A stretch of DNA of 64,000 bases, taken from IMG/VR virus record IMGVR_UViG_3300038412_000083, positions 10,051-74,050 of that record. The stretch is one strand, 5' to 3'. Position 1 is the first letter of the stretch. Each line of letters opens with the position of its first letter. The notes below the pieces were generated by a model. That model saw only the letters and a program-made list of their open reading frames with translations, made no database searches and was not told the DNA's origin. Source of the stretch: a virus (Duplodnaviria; Caudoviricetes). This document shows, one piece after another, positions 28,800 through 38,405 of the stretch. The translations under genes were made by a program, and so were the position numbers.

Positions 28800-31700
28800 A
28801 AACCCGATGCCCGATGGAATCAACAAAACTTACATTAACGGCTTTTAGTTGCACTATTGAGGAAGTCCAAAACTCTATTAAAACATAAACATAAGTTCCT
28901 CTTAACTTATCGCCGGTAAATAGTTTTTCATCATAAGTACCGGCACTGTTCGGTGATAATCTATCTCTCAAAGCGGAAGCGTAAAATATACCTTCTTTTT
29001 CAGTGAAGTCGGCAGTCACAAAATCAGAACTTTGTATGTCAGGGTATTCAGTCCTGAAATGTACGTAATCAGGGCTTACATTTGCCTCTACTGATATAGC
29101 TGATAGTACTTTCGGTTTAGAAGGTTCAGCATTGATAGCAAACATTATCCGTGCCTTCTGTTGCACTCCACTAAAATTATTATAGAGTGATGTTTGATTG
29201 CACTGATAAATGTTCCCGGCATTAAAATAAAATAACTTATTTGCTATTGATATGAAAGATTCTGCATTAAAAGAATAACTGCCCATAAATGCCCCCTGAA
29301 ATGAAAAGTATTCAGTACCATAAGAACGCATACCTACAAATTCACCTTTTAATACGATTGTCTTTCCCTGAAAGTCCAAAAGGTCATAAGGGTAGTCCAT
29401 ACTTATATCGGCAATAGTTCCGTTAGGATTATCGCCTATCTTTGGAATGCTCCAAAGCATTTCTTTGTGGTAAATATCTACACCACCTATTATCAATGGG
29501 CGGTTTCCTAAAGCCTCTATTTCAGCAGATGTCAAACTTTTATACTGATCAGAATATAATTTAGCAAACCTTTCTGTTCTTCCTTTATTTAGAGAGTGAA
29601 CACCACTGGAAGAATAAAATGCCCAACAACCGGCATTGGCATCAAACCAAAATACACCACCCCTGTATTCTACAACACTTTCAGGATTTATAGTGCCATA
29701 GCCGCCTTTAAGAGGGTTTATCTGCCCTATCGTGTTACTGGATTGAGCAATAGCAGTATTTTCTCCGGTAGCACTTGTCAAAACACTTTCTCCCAGGTAA
29801 ACAGAAAGGGTTTTATTTTCACATATAGCCAGCATGATTGAACCTTCGGCCTTAGTTTTTGAGGTAAGGATAAGTTTTCTTAACGCACCATTCTCTATTG
29901 AGATATTATCGGTATTTAAAGGTTGAAAAGAACCTAACCCGTTTACTTTTGTTCCTTCAATGTAAGTGTCACTAAATGCGATAGATCCTTTGATTAATTT
30001 TTGCCCGATACTATCTACTTCATTCGGCCACCCTGAATCAGTTTGCCATATCTGCCATACCAAATCATTTGGTGACATAGCTTCAACAAAATAAACGCTG
30101 GCGCCGTTATTTCTTTCAAAAGCATAACAGTCGCCGTTTATCTGACCACTAAGGGAAGAATAAGTACGGCTTGAAGTTCCGGGGAGTAATATAGGCATTA
30201 CATCTCCTGTTTCATAGAAAGGTTCTGTAACGGACGCTTTATAAGGTGTGTAAATTTCAACAAGAAATTGTACGGTTCCTGTGAGATCACCTACATCTGT
30301 TGGATGACAAAGAACATTATTACCGTCAGTTCCCAAAACGGGAATAGTTACCGAAGTGCCGTCACTTTTATAGATTATAAGAAAATCACCGTCATTGTAA
30401 GTATATCCAAGACCGTTAGAAATAAGTTGTGTCAGATCAAAAGATACCGCGTAATTCGTGTTTATCGCCCACGTTGTTTGATTATAAGTTAATACTCCTG
30501 AAGTAGATTTTGTAACATAAGAACTCTTTGGTGAGTTAATTTGCTCAAAGAATCGAGTAGTTTGATTTTTAGTTATCTGTATCTGGTAATAATAAGCCCA
30601 ATCCGGTATCTCTGTTAAAGCACCAGCATTACTTAATGTCCATGCTAGTATAGAAGAAAAGACTGATTGATTATAAGTCCGTACCGGAATAGTTGAACTT
30701 ATGTAGTTTTTAACTATACCGCATTTCCTTCTAAACCTGTCATAAAAAGCAATAGAAGTTCTGTAAGTAGAGTTTGATTTAAAAAACTGTAATAACGAAG
30801 ATGTAGGTGCAGCGACAATAATAGTACAGTCCGGCCCTAAGTCAGTAAATGTCACAGATGAATAAGACCACAAAGCACCTGCAGGTACATTAACATTATT
30901 CCTTATTATGTAGTAAGCAAGGTTTATTTCTGTGTTCCACGATGTTATTGCGTCGGAGGCGTTAAGAGACGTTCCTCCCACCATAGGGCCGTAATAGTAA
31001 GAAGAAGTCGCAAGCGTAGCAACATAAACGTAAGGTAGTGATTTATCAATTAAAACAGAAGGCGCATCAGGGTAGTAATATTTAAGGTTCATATCCTTGT
31101 ACCGACCAGCGTAAGAACCCGACCCCCCTGTATCAAATGTTTGTACGGTAACCCCAAGACTTGAAGCCGAAGGTGTATTATATCCAAACAAGTTATGCCC
31201 AAGAAAAATCCGGTTTTTTGCTACTGATAAAGTTTCAGATAGTAAGGGTACGCTATCAAAAGGAGTGTTAGCCGAAACATCATCAAGTGCTATCCCAGAA
31301 AGATCATCGTAAAAACCAAAACTAAGAGCAGTACCGGCATTGTGAGCCGTAATAGCTGCAGTATCAGAGGTTTTATCCCATGACTTTACTATAAACGTCT
31401 TTCCGAAATTGCCGTACTTAACACAAACATCTATCGCAAAAATATCATCATCAATATACTCTGTTGTGGGTACGGTTACTGTGATCTTATTAAAGGTTTC
31501 AGAGTTTCCATTAAAGGAAACAAGTCGTGAATAAGTAGATAAAACAGAATTTTGATAATCTCTATATCTGTACCTGTAAGAAAACTGGTAAGCATTCTTA
31601 GCAATAAAATTATTCGGGTAGCCAGCATCCGTACTCTTTGCCCATGTAAGAGGAAATATCGGAGGCCGCTTTATTAAAGTGGTAGTGGTGTACTTTATCG

Positions 31701-32202
31701 GAGTAGCATAAGCCGCTTCGGTAGTAACGTAAGAAGAATGGTTGAGTTTTATTCCGGCCTCAACGTTGATACACTTCTGTTCCTGATTGTTGTCAGTCCA
31801 TATAAGAAGATTTCCTACTACTTCTGCAGAGTGAATGTAAAAATCTTTATCTAAATTAAGACCACCTTCAACCTGTGCATCCAGTAAAACTTTATAAACC
31901 GTTGTACCATCATAACAGTATATCGCATGATAACCTGTTTGGTTCCAAACAAATTGATAAAATCTTTGCCGGGCATTATCTTCTACCGAACCATTACATA
32001 AGGAAGTTCCATAAGGAGATGTTGGAAGTAGGTAAGGATTTGTAACAAGGAGTGAAGAACCTATGGATTCCATTTGTCCAGTACGCCCTTTATCGGTAGA
32101 ACCCATCCTCATATTTTGAAGATTCATATAGTCTGTCGGCTGTAACTTTTGCGGAGCAACATCACTATTTAAACCACCCGAGAAGTCAGTTTTTATTGTC
32201 AT
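28798..32202 (-). CDS. Tail stabilisation/nozzle protein (P22 gp10-like position and N-terminus)
   Basis: 1134 aa; DFSGGLNSD N-terminal motif; beta-rich; follows the tail tube genes. Confidence 0.7.
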   Translation of the reverse strand: MTIKTDFSGGLNSDVAPQKLQPTDYMNLQNMRMGSTDKGRTGQMESIGSSLLVTNPYLLPTSPYGTSLCNGSVEDNARQRFYQFVWNQTGYHAIYCYDGTTVYKVLLDAQVEGGLNLDKDFYIHSAEVVGNLLIWTDNNQEQKCINVEAGIKLNHSSYVTTEAAYATPIKYTTTTLIKRPPIFPLTWAKSTDAGYPNNFIAKNAYQFSYRYRYRDYQNSVLSTYSRLVSFNGNSETFNKITVTVPTTEYIDDDIFAIDVCVKYGNFGKTFIVKSWDKTSDTAAITAHNAGTALSFGFYDDLSGIALDDVSANTPFDSVPLLSETLSVAKNRIFLGHNLFGYNTPSASSLGVTVQTFDTGGSGSYAGRYKDMNLKYYYPDAPSVLIDKSLPYVYVATLATSSYYYGPMVGGTSLNASDAITSWNTEINLAYYIIRNNVNVPAGALWSYSSVTFTDLGPDCTIIVAAPTSSLLQFFKSNSTYRTSIAFYDRFRRKCGIVKNYISSTIPVRTYNQSVFSSILAWTLSNAGALTEIPDWAYYYQIQITKNQTTRFFEQINSPKSSYVTKSTSGVLTYNQTTWAINTNYAVSFDLTQLISNGLGYTYNDGDFLIIYKSDGTSVTIPVLGTDGNNVLCHPTDVGDLTGTVQFLVEIYTPYKASVTEPFYETGDVMPILLPGTSSRTYSSLSGQINGDCYAFERNNGASVYFVEAMSPNDLVWQIWQTDSGWPNEVDSIGQKLIKGSIAFSDTYIEGTKVNGLGSFQPLNTDNISIENGALRKLILTSKTKAEGSIMLAICENKTLSVYLGESVLTSATGENTAIAQSSNTIGQINPLKGGYGTINPESVVEYRGGVFWFDANAGCWAFYSSSGVHSLNKGRTERFAKLYSDQYKSLTSAEIEALGNRPLIIGGVDIYHKEMLWSIPKIGDNPNGTIADISMDYPYDLLDFQGKTIVLKGEFVGMRSYGTEYFSFQGAFMGSYSFNAESFISIANKLFYFNAGNIYQCNQTSLYNNFSGVQQKARIMFAINAEPSKPKVLSAISVEANVSPDYVHFRTEYPDIQSSDFVTADFTEKEGIFYASALRDRLSPNSAGTYDEKLFTGDKLRGTYVYVLIEFWTSSIVQLKAVNVSFVDSIGHRV

Positions 32203-32951
32203 CCTTTTATAGTTGCAGAATATCCGGTTCTTACAATTCTTACATAGTCATCTTTGGTAAGCCCATTCAATCGTGCTCTTAGTGTTCTCCTTTGCGATTC
32301 AAACTCTTTCTGCGCAAGCTGCCTTTCAGTAGGACTATAAGACCTGCTATGTTCTTTAAACTGCCAGAAGATATAAGCCTCAATAGTTTTCTGAGCGTAA
32401 GGATGAATCATTGTAGCATTGTCAGAAGATTGCCCATCGCTGATATATTCTAAATAAATTGAAGGATCAGCAATAGACTGATCAATTTGGATGATTCCCC
32501 TTTCTCTGATTACTTTGTAACCGTCCGTAAGCCAGTCGGCACTAAAGCCAAAAAATCTTCCAAGAGGTTCATAGTCGTCAGTAAAATAATCGCTCTGTAA
32601 TAAGAAAGGAATATAAGTCAGATCAACATTGTCCGGTGCAGGATAATTTATAGGTTGTCCGCTACTGTTAAGGTCAGGCAATCTATTAATTGTATCTTTT
32701 TTTACCAAAGGCTTTACATATTGCCCTGTTGGTACACCTACTTTAATCATGTCAACACAATCACAGGGAATATCAATGGTTCCTGTTGCGGAAACCGGAA
32801 GCATGATTGTATTAATATTTCTAAGAGAATCAAATGTTAATTCACGAAGGCAGTCGGAAGCACTCTTTAATCCTTGCAGATAAAAGTGTATTGGATATGA
32901 CTTCTGCATCAAAGCACTACGAACAATATTGTCTAAGGTTTGAAATCTCAT
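32199..32951 (-). CDS. Tail tubular/ring protein
   Basis: 250 aa; YIFWQF...ELAQKEF adaptor-type C-terminus; synteny. Confidence 0.55.
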   Translation of the reverse strand: MRFQTLDNIVRSALMQKSYPIHFYLQGLKSASDCLRELTFDSLRNINTIMLPVSATGTIDIPCDCVDMIKVGVPTGQYVKPLVKKDTINRLPDLNSSGQPINYPAPDNVDLTYIPFLLQSDYFTDDYEPLGRFFGFSADWLTDGYKVIRERGIIQIDQSIADPSIYLEYISDGQSSDNATMIHPYAQKTIEAYIFWQFKEHSRSYSPTERQLAQKEFESQRRTLRARLNGLTKDDYVRIVRTGYSATIKG

Positions 32952-33595
32952 TGTTGTTGTGTTTGTGGTGAACGTTCAGAAGATGGATCTACGATTTTAC
33001 TTCCAGGCATTTGAGAAGCGAATAATTGAAAACATTCCTTCGCTACCAACCCTTCCATATCCGCAGGTATAGGCAGAAGGTCATAATCATCATACTTAGA
33101 AATATCCATTACCACCAACCCGACAATTATCGTAACACCTACTTCAGTAGTTAAGTCAACATTGAAAACAAGATCATTACCGTAAGGAGTATAAACCACT
33201 TGTCCTAATACACCACTTATCAATCTTTCACCTTTTATTAAAGCTAATTGGCCGTTTTGCGCAGGGATAAATCCGTTGTCAATGTCTGCAGTCCTGCTTA
33301 CATGGAATATTCCCATATTGCGAGGTAGTGCAACCGGAGTAGCCGGTAATGTTATTTTTGAAACCGTTTTATATTGAACTGGGACAATACCGTCATAGTA
33401 AGTAAGCATACAACCTTCGGGGATAGTTTCACCGGACGGCATATTTACGCTTAAATGTTCCTGCTTAAAATGAGTATTTATAGACTGCCCTACGGCCTCC
33501 ATAATATCTTCCATCTCAATAGAAGTAGCCGCTTTAATATTTCCTCCTTTAAGTAAGAGAAGAACTTGTTCCGCTATTTTATATTTCGAGGTCAT
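32948..33595 (-). CDS. Tail tubular/ring protein
   Basis: 215 aa; synteny; LLPIPADME-type motif near the C-terminus. Confidence 0.5.
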   Translation of the reverse strand: MTSKYKIAEQVLLLLKGGNIKAATSIEMEDIMEAVGQSINTHFKQEHLSVNMPSGETIPEGCMLTYYDGIVPVQYKTVSKITLPATPVALPRNMGIFHVSRTADIDNGFIPAQNGQLALIKGERLISGVLGQVVYTPYGNDLVFNVDLTTEVGVTIIVGLVVMDISKYDDYDLLPIPADMEGLVAKECFQLFASQMPGSKIVDPSSERSPQTQQQ

Positions 33596-34260
33596 TAGTT
33601 TACTTCTTTACTTTTTAAGTCAGCGAATTGAGCAACCGTTTGATCTTGTGCATTTACTCCGAGGTATTCTAAAGCCCTTATCATTATTTCACCTATCTCA
33701 CTTTCACCCCATTCAAGCTGTACGGAGTTTGTTGGATCGTAGGTTATCACCCTTCCAACTTGTGTATAAGCAAACTTTGGTACGGCTGGCCTTCTTAAAT
33801 AGAAGATTGTTCCGGCCATAGATGTTTTAGGATAAAGCTGAATCAAAGTAATACCCGATACTTTTCCGTATATAGTGGCGAACGGTTTAGATGTACTAAC
33901 AGGACGTAGCTTAGATTCAAGCCTGTAAGCAACTTCATCTTCTGAAAGAATTTTTAATGATTTGTTCCTTGTATTGCCATTTATTACCACTGTAACATAG
34001 CCTCCGGTCATATACATATAATCAGAAGTAAGCGTAATAACACCGGAAGGCGTATCAGATGTAAGAAAATTGTATGTTACCTTAAAAGGCGAAAGGCTAT
34101 CTTGTAGTTTTTCAGCCAGTGCATAATAAGAGTATTCAGAATTAAAGTATGCTATTTGTGCCCTATCAAGACTTCTATCAATCTCATCAGAAGTGAAATA
34201 ATTGTCGATCGACTTATCCGCGATAAAGTTTATCCACTTATGTACATCTTCGATTGTCAT
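33595..34260 (-). CDS. Head-tail adaptor/ring protein
   Basis: 221 aa; EIDRSLDRAQ...IQLYP...FYLRRPAVPK...EIMIRALEYLG adaptor-type motifs. Confidence 0.6.
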   Translation of the reverse strand: MTIEDVHKWINFIADKSIDNYFTSDEIDRSLDRAQIAYFNSEYSYYALAEKLQDSLSPFKVTYNFLTSDTPSGVITLTSDYMYMTGGYVTVVINGNTRNKSLKILSEDEVAYRLESKLRPVSTSKPFATIYGKVSGITLIQLYPKTSMAGTIFYLRRPAVPKFAYTQVGRVITYDPTNSVQLEWGESEIGEIMIRALEYLGVNAQDQTVAQFADLKSKEVN

Positions 34261-34832
34261 AGTTTGGCAAGGATTCTTGTTTCGTGTAAAATGTAATACT
34301 CCCTTCCAAAAAGTTCATAGGTTTCAACATAACTCTTATCAAAGAAGATAACATCGTCTCTCTTATGTTTTTTTGCTGCCACAACTCTTGCCTGTCCTAT
34401 AAGTTTTACCTTTTTTAGGTAATCAGGTACAATTAAAGTTGAGGTAGTTTCTTCTTCAATAAAATCCAGTAAAACATAGCCGTTAAGCATTTCCATTTGA
34501 TCGTCCCTTACCCTGAAATAAATGTGTTCAGGCGCTACCATCCATACCTTTTTACCTTTACGAAAGAGAAGGTTTTTATGAATGTCGGTATCGCGGTCTC
34601 TTTGGATTTTATCTTCAATTACCTGATAAGAAAAGTATATTTGATCACCTTCGGTTACGTCAATGTCATTGAATTTTGGAACACGGGTAACAACACCATT
34701 TGTTTGTGCATAAAACTCAGGATGGAATGAAGTATCGCGGTACAATACAATACCGGACTTAGTTTGTACTTCATCCATGTAAGCCTTTTCAAGCTGTACT
34801 AAAAATTTTTTAAGTGCTTGCATATCTTCCAA
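34257..34832 (-). CDS. Tandem (two-domain) GroES/Cpn10-like co-chaperonin; start probably ATG 34823
   Basis: Two Cpn10 repeats: FLVQL...TKSGIVL...GVVTRVP...VTEGDQIYF and YVLLD...LIVPD...DDVIFF...GREYYILHETRILAKL. Confidence 0.65.
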   Translation of the reverse strand: MEDMQALKKFLVQLEKAYMDEVQTKSGIVLYRDTSFHPEFYAQTNGVVTRVPKFNDIDVTEGDQIYFSYQVIEDKIQRDRDTDIHKNLLFRKGKKVWMVAPEHIYFRVRDDQMEMLNGYVLLDFIEEETTSTLIVPDYLKKVKLIGQARVVAAKKHKRDDVIFFDKSYVETYELFGREYYILHETRILAKL

Positions 34833-34833
34833 A

Positions 34834-34887
34834 CAAAGTTATAATTAGCGGTATAATATGTATCGCAAAATAAGGGGAGAAAAATTT
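34834..34887 (-). promoter_or_regulatory. Tripartite late promoter, copy 5
   Basis: AAATTTTTCTCCCC, 9 nt, GATACATATTATACC (34864-34850), 8 nt, TAACTTTG. Confidence 0.85.
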
Positions 34888-34897
34888 TGTTTGTATC

Positions 34898-34912
34898 GGT
34901 ACATAGTGTACC
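34898..34912 (+). promoter_or_regulatory. Operator overlapping the probable -7 box of the divergent plus-strand promoter
   Basis: GGTACATAGTGTACC, running into TACCTTAG. Confidence 0.7.
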
Positions 34913-34947
34913 TTAGCTGCTTCAATTCACAACTAAACTTTTTAATT

Positions 34948-35808
34948 ATGTTTAATCTCAAAAAAAAGATCGTGGATTCTTTTAAAGATCCAAATGTTTT
35001 AATCGCAGAAATTCATGAAGAATTTGATTCATCAACCGAAAGACTTCTATCCGAAGCAAAAGAAATCCTATCGAAAAGCGATACAAATAAAATCGCCAAA
35101 GCAGACCGGCTAAAAAGCATCGGCTTTTCAAGTGCCAAAACAGTCGCAGAAGCGCAGCAACAAGTAAATGATGTTGCTAAAAGCAAAGAGCTTTCTGAAA
35201 ATATCATGTACTTCAAACAATGGTATCCATTCAATAAGTTCATTAACGAAGCCGAGGTAGAGCGTATCTGTAAAAAATACGGTTTGCTTTGTGGGGAAGC
35301 CAGTAAATACATCGGCGATATTCCTGAAAAGAATTTATCCGAAATAGAAGGGTTTAAATTGAGGCAGGAAGATATGGTTGTCCGGTATTCACCAAACTAT
35401 AGTATAGATAGAATAATGTATGAGCAGCAAATGTTATGGGAAAGAAGGCTTAATGAGCAAACACAAAGAAACGCATTAATGGCTTCTAATTCATTTGGTA
35501 ACCTACTTGGTGGTGTTTCCAGTATTGGCAATTCTATAAATTCAGTTGGTTCAAGTGCTCCGATATACTCAGCATTGGAACAAGCTAACTTTGGCGAACG
35601 TGAGAAGACCCACGTAAAACCTGAATTTAAAATTTGTGCTCCTGTAAAAGATTTTGATACCAAATGGATGCGTGTTGAAGATGGTTACAAACTATCTAAC
35701 GTACCTGACCCAATAGTTTTGCAGCCAGTAAAAGGAGGCTACTTAATTGTAAGCAAATGGGGACTTGAAGGAGAAGATAAAGAACTAGTGAACGAGGTTT
35801 TGAATTGA
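34948..35808 (+). CDS. Conserved Bacteroidota phage hypothetical protein (start moved from 34858)
   Basis: MFNLKKK start follows an AT-rich leader; the track's longer N-terminus overlaps the promoter and operators; C-terminal DPIVLQPVKGGYLIVSKWG motif. Confidence 0.65.
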   Translation: MFNLKKKIVDSFKDPNVLIAEIHEEFDSSTERLLSEAKEILSKSDTNKIAKADRLKSIGFSSAKTVAEAQQQVNDVAKSKELSENIMYFKQWYPFNKFINEAEVERICKKYGLLCGEASKYIGDIPEKNLSEIEGFKLRQEDMVVRYSPNYSIDRIMYEQQMLWERRLNEQTQRNALMASNSFGNLLGGVSSIGNSINSVGSSAPIYSALEQANFGEREKTHVKPEFKICAPVKDFDTKWMRVEDGYKLSNVPDPIVLQPVKGGYLIVSKWGLEGEDKELVNEVLN

Positions 35809-35817
35809 TAAATGGCG

Positions 35818-35842
35818 AGCCATCCGAAAGGGTGGCTTTTTT
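35818..35842 (+). terminator. Rho-independent terminator
   Basis: AGCCATCC-GAAA-GGGTGGCT followed by a T run. Confidence 0.85.
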
Positions 35843-35865
35843 CATTAAAATATTTTTTTATTTAC

Positions 35866-35880
35866 GATACACTATGTATC
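35866..35880 (+). promoter_or_regulatory. Operator at the GroES/glycosyltransferase operon promoter
   Basis: GATACACTATGTATC overlapping TATCTTTA (-7-like). Confidence 0.75.
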
Positions 35881-35908
35881 TTTACCATCTAATTCAACTA
35901 AATAGATT

Positions 35909-36433
35909 TTGAGCAATCTTAATTTTTCCGGTGTGCAGGCTATTATCCTACCTGATACACCACCTACACGGGTAAACGGCATCGTTATTCCTGATGAAGC
36001 CAGAAAGCCCACTAATACAGGAACTATAATCTCTATTGCTCCAAATGATAATCTTAAAGACGGCGACCAAGTAGGGTTTAACTTCTACACTGGCTACCGA
36101 TTTGAACATGAAGGAGTAAAATATTTATCTATTAATCACAATAATATCTTATCAAAAGACATGATACCATTACACGCAAGGGTTTTTGTAGAACCCATAA
36201 AAGCAGAGAAATCATTATCCGAAGGCGGTGTAGTATTACTTGAGGATTCAGTTACCAGGGATGGCATAGTAGTATCTACCGGAAGTGGAACCAAAGATGA
36301 CCCAATGTTACTTGGAGTGGGTGACTTAGTAACATACCCGAAGAACGCCGGAACAACAATCAAAGGGCTTTTACTGTTAAACCAAGCAGATATTATGTGC
36401 TTTGAGGACAGGCCTGAAACTGAAAACGAATAA
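35909..36433 (+). CDS. groES: Tandem (two-domain) GroES/Cpn10 co-chaperonin
   Basis: GIVIPDEARKPTNTGTIISI...DGDQV and PLHARVFVEP...SEGGVVL...GIVVSTGSG...VGDLVTY. Confidence 0.75.
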   Translation: MSNLNFSGVQAIILPDTPPTRVNGIVIPDEARKPTNTGTIISIAPNDNLKDGDQVGFNFYTGYRFEHEGVKYLSINHNNILSKDMIPLHARVFVEPIKAEKSLSEGGVVLLEDSVTRDGIVVSTGSGTKDDPMLLGVGDLVTYPKNAGTTIKGLLLLNQADIMCFEDRPETENE

Positions 36434-36434
36434 A

Positions 36435-36587
36435 ATGAAATACTTCTATATAATTTTCTCAATAATTTCATTAATAAATGCGGTAGTTTATCTGAATAAC
36501 GATTATCTCTTTGCATTTTGGCTGACAGCATTTGTTATCTCTATGGGTATAGAGGATATAATTACCGAGATAAAAAATCTGAAATAA
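36435..36587 (+). CDS. Small membrane protein
   Basis: MKYFYIIFSIISLINAVVY...; hydrophobic; coupled to the next gene. Confidence 0.5.
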   Translation: MKYFYIIFSIISLINAVVYLNNDYLFAFWLTAFVISMGIEDIITEIKNLK

Positions 36588-37126
36588 TGGTACACATAAT
36601 CAACATACCATACAGAAGTGAAAGAAAAAGAATAGTGGAGCAGGAAATGATTCAGCAGGGAATAACTGACTACCGTTTTTGGGATGGCATTGTTGATAAT
36701 CCTGTATGTAAAGGCGTATCAAAAGCACACAAGCAGATAGTGGCCTATGCCAAACAATATGAACTTCCTGAGATAACGATTGCAGAGGATGATATTAAAT
36801 TTCCTGCAGAAGATGGTTATGAATACTTTCTCAGTAAGAAACCGGAAGATTTTGACCTTTATTTAGGGGGAATATACAGGGGAGAAATTAAAGACGGTAA
36901 AACAACCGACTTTTCTTCGCTTCACCTGTACATTATTAAAGCAAAGTTCTACGATACTTTCTTAGGCATTGATGAAACAAAACATTTGGACACCGAACTT
37001 GCCGGTAAAGGAGATTACCACGTTTGTTACCCCTTCGCAGCTATTCAACACAATGGGTACAGCGATGTAGAGCGAGGTAAAACCAATTTCGACAACTTAT
37101 TAAAAGGCAAACTAATACACCAATGA
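36587..37126 (+). CDS. Glycosyltransferase, GT25-like (start moved from 36518)
   Basis: IINIPYRSER...FWDGI...GVSKAH...IAEDD. Confidence 0.75.
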   Translation: MVHIINIPYRSERKRIVEQEMIQQGITDYRFWDGIVDNPVCKGVSKAHKQIVAYAKQYELPEITIAEDDIKFPAEDGYEYFLSKKPEDFDLYLGGIYRGEIKDGKTTDFSSLHLYIIKAKFYDTFLGIDETKHLDTELAGKGDYHVCYPFAAIQHNGYSDVERGKTNFDNLLKGKLIHQ

Positions 37127-37818
37127 AATCAATAGATGCTATTATTGTTTCTGATGCAAAGAATGAAGGACTAAGGCGATTGACACAGCAAACTATTGAC
37201 ACGGCTACAGATAGCGAAAAGAATGTAGAGGTAAATATTATTGTAATAGAGAAGCAAGACTGTAAATTTTTTAATGCTCTTACAATAAAACAGGAAGGAG
37301 AATTTTGCTACAATAAATATCTTAACCAGGGAGCGGCATTAGGTAGTTCAGAATATATAGCATTTTGTAATAACGATTTAATATTTATTGACAATTGGGC
37401 GACAAAAATAATAGAAGCGATGGAAGAACACAATGTAAGTTCTGCCTGTCCTTATAGCCCTATTTCAAACTTTGAAAATAAAACCGGAATAGGTGAAAAT
37501 ACCGGAGTTCACTTTGGTTACGAGGTAAGAAAAGAGTTTGTCGGATGGTGCATTGTTTGGAAAAGAAGCCTTTGGGATAAAATGAAACTTGATGAAGGAG
37601 TAAAGTTTTGGGCCAGCGACAATGCAACTGCGAAAATTCTTATGAACGCTGGGGAAAAGCATATTTTAGTTACCAACTCAGTAGTTCATCATGTAGAAAA
37701 CGGGAGTAATACATTAAACACAATTGAACCTACTAAAAAAGATGAATTGATGCACCGGCAGATTAAAATATACAACCGGCTTTACAACGACAATTATTTC
37801 AACTTAGGAACAGAATGA
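37123..37818 (+). CDS. Glycosyltransferase, GT2/GT-A fold
   Basis: FCYNKYLNQGA...YIAFCNNDL; FWASD. Confidence 0.8.
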   Translation: MKSIDAIIVSDAKNEGLRRLTQQTIDTATDSEKNVEVNIIVIEKQDCKFFNALTIKQEGEFCYNKYLNQGAALGSSEYIAFCNNDLIFIDNWATKIIEAMEEHNVSSACPYSPISNFENKTGIGENTGVHFGYEVRKEFVGWCIVWKRSLWDKMKLDEGVKFWASDNATAKILMNAGEKHILVTNSVVHHVENGSNTLNTIEPTKKDELMHRQIKIYNRLYNDNYFNLGTE

Positions 37819-38405
37819 AATCAGTAACGGTAATAATAGGTTGGTACGGTGACATAGCAATATGGAATCCTTTTATACAAAGGGCTTTGTGGTCGGTATT
37901 GAACCAATCTATTCCTGCTGACAGGATTTTAATAAGCAAAGGAGATTATTTACAAGACGCAAGGAACGCCGGACTAAATGTTGATACGCAGTATATTATT
38001 TTTCTTGACGCTGATGACGAACTTGATTACCACTACATAAAGTCAATGCTCAGTGGTGAAGGAGATATAAGAGTTCCTTTTGTTAGGAATATTTACCCAG
38101 ATGGAACAATTTCCGACGATCAACGGTGGTACACACCAAAGAATTTAATTGAAGGACAGAATTATATAGTCATTGGCCCGATGATAAATACTGAATTATT
38201 CAAAAAGGCAGGAGGATTTAGAAATTTACCTTCACTCGAAGACTACGATTTATGGCTAAGGATGGAAGAAGCCGGTGCCGTCATTAAGCAATGTACCAAC
38301 GCAATTTACAAAGTACATCAAAGAGAGAATAGCCGGAGTAAAGATCAGAACGCAATCTTAAACCAAATTGTTTCAGAAGCAAAACAAAGGAGGAAAATAG
38401 CATGA
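37815..38405 (+). CDS. Glycosyltransferase, GT2
   Basis: ARNAG...IIFLDADD...EDYDLWLRM. Confidence 0.85.
   Translation: MKSVTVIIGWYGDIAIWNPFIQRALWSVLNQSIPADRILISKGDYLQDARNAGLNVDTQYIIFLDADDELDYHYIKSMLSGEGDIRVPFVRNIYPDGTISDDQRWYTPKNLIEGQNYIVIGPMINTELFKKAGGFRNLPSLEDYDLWLRMEEAGAVIKQCTNAIYKVHQRENSRSKDQNAILNQIVSEAKQRRKIA

Noticed and set aside
34858-34947. Long N-terminal extensions in track ORFs (34858, 36518, 44610, 53274, 58832)
   Set aside because: They overlap promoters, attC-like hairpins or upstream genes; downstream ATGs match the family N-termini.
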